Shown piece after piece: positions 14,027 to 16,616 of a DNA stretch of 16,616 bases. Both the position numbers and the translations under genes were made by a program. Location of the stretch: positions 1-16,616 of the forward strand of contig CAZGJX010000092.1 of assembly GCA_964525635.1 (NCBI GenBank). Direction: 5' to 3'. The DNA is from an uncultured archaeon (GTDB lineage Archaea; Asgardarchaeota; Lokiarchaeia; Sigyniarchaeales; SOKP01). The first letter of the stretch is position 1; the number at the start of each line of letters is the position of its first letter. A model generated the notes under the pieces. The model ran no database searches, was not told where the DNA came from, and worked only from the letters and a program-made list of their open reading frames with translations.

Positions 14027-16332
14027 AATTGTTTTATCCACTCCCTATATACTTCTTTAAAATTATCAGATAGATTAACCAATATAAATCCATCACCCCA
14101 ATATTTAATATCAAAAACCTGAAACAAATCTCCTTTAAATAATTTCAATTCTTCATCACTTAAATTATGTTTAAGAATTAATTTTGAAGGAATTGGGATT
14201 AATTTTGAAAAATATTTTAATTCATTTTCTTTTATATAATTATAAAAAGTTTCTTTTTCATTAAGAACAAGATATTCTGATGGTTTAAGGTTATCAATGG
14301 GAATATTTATATTATTAATTTTGTGTTTGATTTTATTTTTTATATAATTTGGAAATTCAGTTTGAATCCCAAGAAAATAGTCATATTGCTCAAAAAAATA
14401 TATTAAATCCTTTTTAATCACCTCATTTTCCTCTTTTGCTATGTAAGAATCTAAAAAAGCTTTAAATTTTCCAGAATCTTGAGACTCGGATTCTCTTTCT
14501 TCCAAATAGTTAATAAAATCATTATAAATTTCTATTAATGTCCATTCTTTCTTGTTATCTAATTTTAGAAAGATTTTTACATAATCCATTATCCATTCCA
14601 ATATATACGATTTCCAAGATAGGTTTATACCTGCCACTCTTTTTTCTAAAAACCTATGGAATTTCGTTGAAAATAATACAGGATCTGAGATTTCATTATC
14701 AGGGATATCTTTTAAATATCTATTAATAGTAGAATATCTTAGAATATAACTTAAAAGAAAATGTATTTCATTTGAGAATTTTTTAAATTTTACAATGTTA
14801 TCATTTATATTTCTTACTGTTTTTTGATCCAAATTAATTTCAGCGAACGATACAATATCATCAGGCTTTAATTTTATTTTCTCAAAGAATTCATTAAAAT
14901 CTTTAAAAATTAATGATTTAAATTCCTCAAAAATTATTTTTTTCTCAAAATTGTGTTTTAAGTTATAAGAATAGGAAAATGTTTCTATTTTTCTCAAAAT
15001 AAACTGATGGAAATCATCAATTATTTTAAATCCAAGGATTTTTACTGGTTTTTTTTCATTATAAAATTCATCTTTAAGATTTTGAATTAATCCTATTGTA
15101 ATCATTTTTAATTGGCGATTTACTAAATAAGTAATAATACATTTATTAATTATATCTAATGTATTGTTAATTAATTCAGAGAAGTAATTAATAACTGAAG
15201 TTAGTTCATTTGCTCTTAATTCCTGTTTTTTAATTATCATCTGACTTATAAATGAGCTAGATAATAAATACAATTCTGTAAATCCCGGTTTTCCTTTTTG
15301 ACTAATCATTTTTTTAAATGATTCAAGAATTTGATTTAAAGTCCCTTTTACTCCACTTATTAAAAATTCTTTACATAAATCTAAATATTGTTTTATTTCC
15401 AGATTTAACTCTTCTAAGAAGGTATTAATCCTTGAAATTAACCAATTCTCCGACTTTGGTTCTAAATATTGAGTTAAATCCTTTTCTATATTTTTTATCA
15501 CATATTGAATTATTATATTCTGAAAAAAATCTATTGTTCCTGTATTTGCTAAATTTAAAAGATTTGATCCTAGTGTTAAAGTTTTTTCAATAACAAAACA
15601 AGCACTTGGTTCAGTAATTGAAAATTTAAGATGGTCAACAGCTGTTTTCCCTTCAAAAGGATTTTTAACTTTTTCAAATCTTATATCTGATAAAATTAAT
15701 TCAATTGGTATTTTATGCCAAAATAGATCTATGTTTGATTTAAATTTACCATAATTATTCAGGAACTTTTGTTCTGTTGGAACAGAATCGGATAATCCAA
15801 TCATTTCTTTATTCCATTTGTTTTCAATTAATTGACCATAGAGTTTCTTGGTAAATCGTATTGCGAATTTTTTAAAAACAGTTTCTTCTTGACTTTCACT
15901 TAGTTCTGGTCGATGCCCATATTCTTCAACCTCAAAAAATAACTTACTTATACGATTAATTGCTTTACTGGACTTATGGTAATTAATATAACCAATATCC
16001 GGTTTTAAAGCAAGCATTAAACTTTCACATTCTTTATAGTTCCCTGGGACTAATATCATAGATTTAGGATAGATTTTAGTTTGAACCGCTTTTGGATTAT
16101 AATTCTTTAATTCAAATTCAATGAAAAATAATTCAGATCCGGTATAATCTCTTAACATTGCATTATATTGTGTTAAAAACTTTATCACATCAACAGAAAG
16201 GTCTTTAACAAGATCCTTTTTTAAATTACCTGGACCAATTATGTCTCCTACAATTAAATTATCCTTATTTGGTGAAGAATATCCAAAAATTATAGAAAAT
16301 TGATAATTAATTGATTCTCTAGTAGTTATCAT
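14023..16332 (-). CDS. Large hypothetical protein (769 aa) with alpha/beta termini and a long helical middle
   Basis: Long ORF starting at ATG. N- and C-terminal segments look beta-rich (QFSIIFGY, FFIEFEL, SMILVPG; VFDIKYW, FILVNL) and flank amphipathic helices. No family recognised. Confidence 0.85.
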   Translation of the reverse strand: MITTRESINYQFSIIFGYSSPNKDNLIVGDIIGPGNLKKDLVKDLSVDVIKFLTQYNAMLRDYTGSELFFIEFELKNYNPKAVQTKIYPKSMILVPGNYKECESLMLALKPDIGYINYHKSSKAINRISKLFFEVEEYGHRPELSESQEETVFKKFAIRFTKKLYGQLIENKWNKEMIGLSDSVPTEQKFLNNYGKFKSNIDLFWHKIPIELILSDIRFEKVKNPFEGKTAVDHLKFSITEPSACFVIEKTLTLGSNLLNLANTGTIDFFQNIIIQYVIKNIEKDLTQYLEPKSENWLISRINTFLEELNLEIKQYLDLCKEFLISGVKGTLNQILESFKKMISQKGKPGFTELYLLSSSFISQMIIKKQELRANELTSVINYFSELINNTLDIINKCIITYLVNRQLKMITIGLIQNLKDEFYNEKKPVKILGFKIIDDFHQFILRKIETFSYSYNLKHNFEKKIIFEEFKSLIFKDFNEFFEKIKLKPDDIVSFAEINLDQKTVRNINDNIVKFKKFSNEIHFLLSYILRYSTINRYLKDIPDNEISDPVLFSTKFHRFLEKRVAGINLSWKSYILEWIMDYVKIFLKLDNKKEWTLIEIYNDFINYLEERESESQDSGKFKAFLDSYIAKEENEVIKKDLIYFFEQYDYFLGIQTEFPNYIKNKIKHKINNINIPIDNLKPSEYLVLNEKETFYNYIKENELKYFSKLIPIPSKLILKHNLSDEELKLFKGDLFQVFDIKYWGDGFILVNLSDNFKEVYREWIKQL

Positions 16333-16616
16333 ATTTAAATCTCATATAATTATGCTCTTCTTTCCATTATATATTAAATTATATATATATAATTTTTAGT
16401 GATTATATTTTTGATAACTTAATAAATTCAATTTTATGATAATTAATTCATAAATTATCTTTATAATTTTTAAATAATTTTCTATGTAAAATTGATTTAA
16501 ATTTTATTAAAAACGGGGAAAAAAAAAGAATTCTAAATAGAAAGTCCTATTATTTATAATGACATAGACTTTTTCTCAAGTATTAAATCATATCACATGG
16601 ATATCATGCTCTTAAA

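Noticed and set aside
14538-14726. 62-aa + strand ORF
   Set aside because: Antisense inside the 769-aa gene; no supporting evidence.
16539-16576. Imperfect inverted repeat AAAGTCCTAT / ATAGACTTT near the window end
   Set aside because: Short, bulged and AT-rich, with its context cut off by the window edge; not distinguishable from chance.
10160-16616. Integrated element (provirus or island) at tRNA-Arg
   Set aside because: No integrase and no duplicated tRNA 3' end (att site) were found within the window.

Overview
Very AT-rich archaeal chromosomal DNA, most likely from an Asgard (Lokiarchaeia/Promethearchaeota-like) genome. The archaeal call rests on TFB, archaeosine TGT, aTrm5, DUF371, an AK6/Fap7 kinase and a BHB tRNA intron; the Asgard assignment is inferred from composition and from the large orphan proteins. 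From left to right the window holds: the 3' end of an unknown gene; a bacterial-type class II fructose-bisphosphate aldolase with an uncalled 53-aa ORF upstream; a divergent wHTH / RHH-wH regulator pair with operator-like repeats; an orphan Flp-type pilin; a Nif3/DUF34 protein and a gamma-carbonic-anhydrase-like beta-helix protein, both missing metal ligands; a TFB paralog with a structured 5' leader; and a Cys-motif hypothetical. Next comes a tRNA-bracketed operon: tRNA-Ile(GAU), AK6, tgtA, DUF371, trm5, tRNA-Arg(UCU). The tRNA-Ile has a 30-nt BHB intron in the T-loop (59/60) and an unusual A54...G60 loop. The window ends with a PD-(D/E)XK nuclease, a small 2-TM protein and two translationally coupled ~770-800-aa helical proteins of unknown function. 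No CRISPR array, rRNA or intact mobile element was seen. Family calls come from motif recognition by eye; no searches were run.
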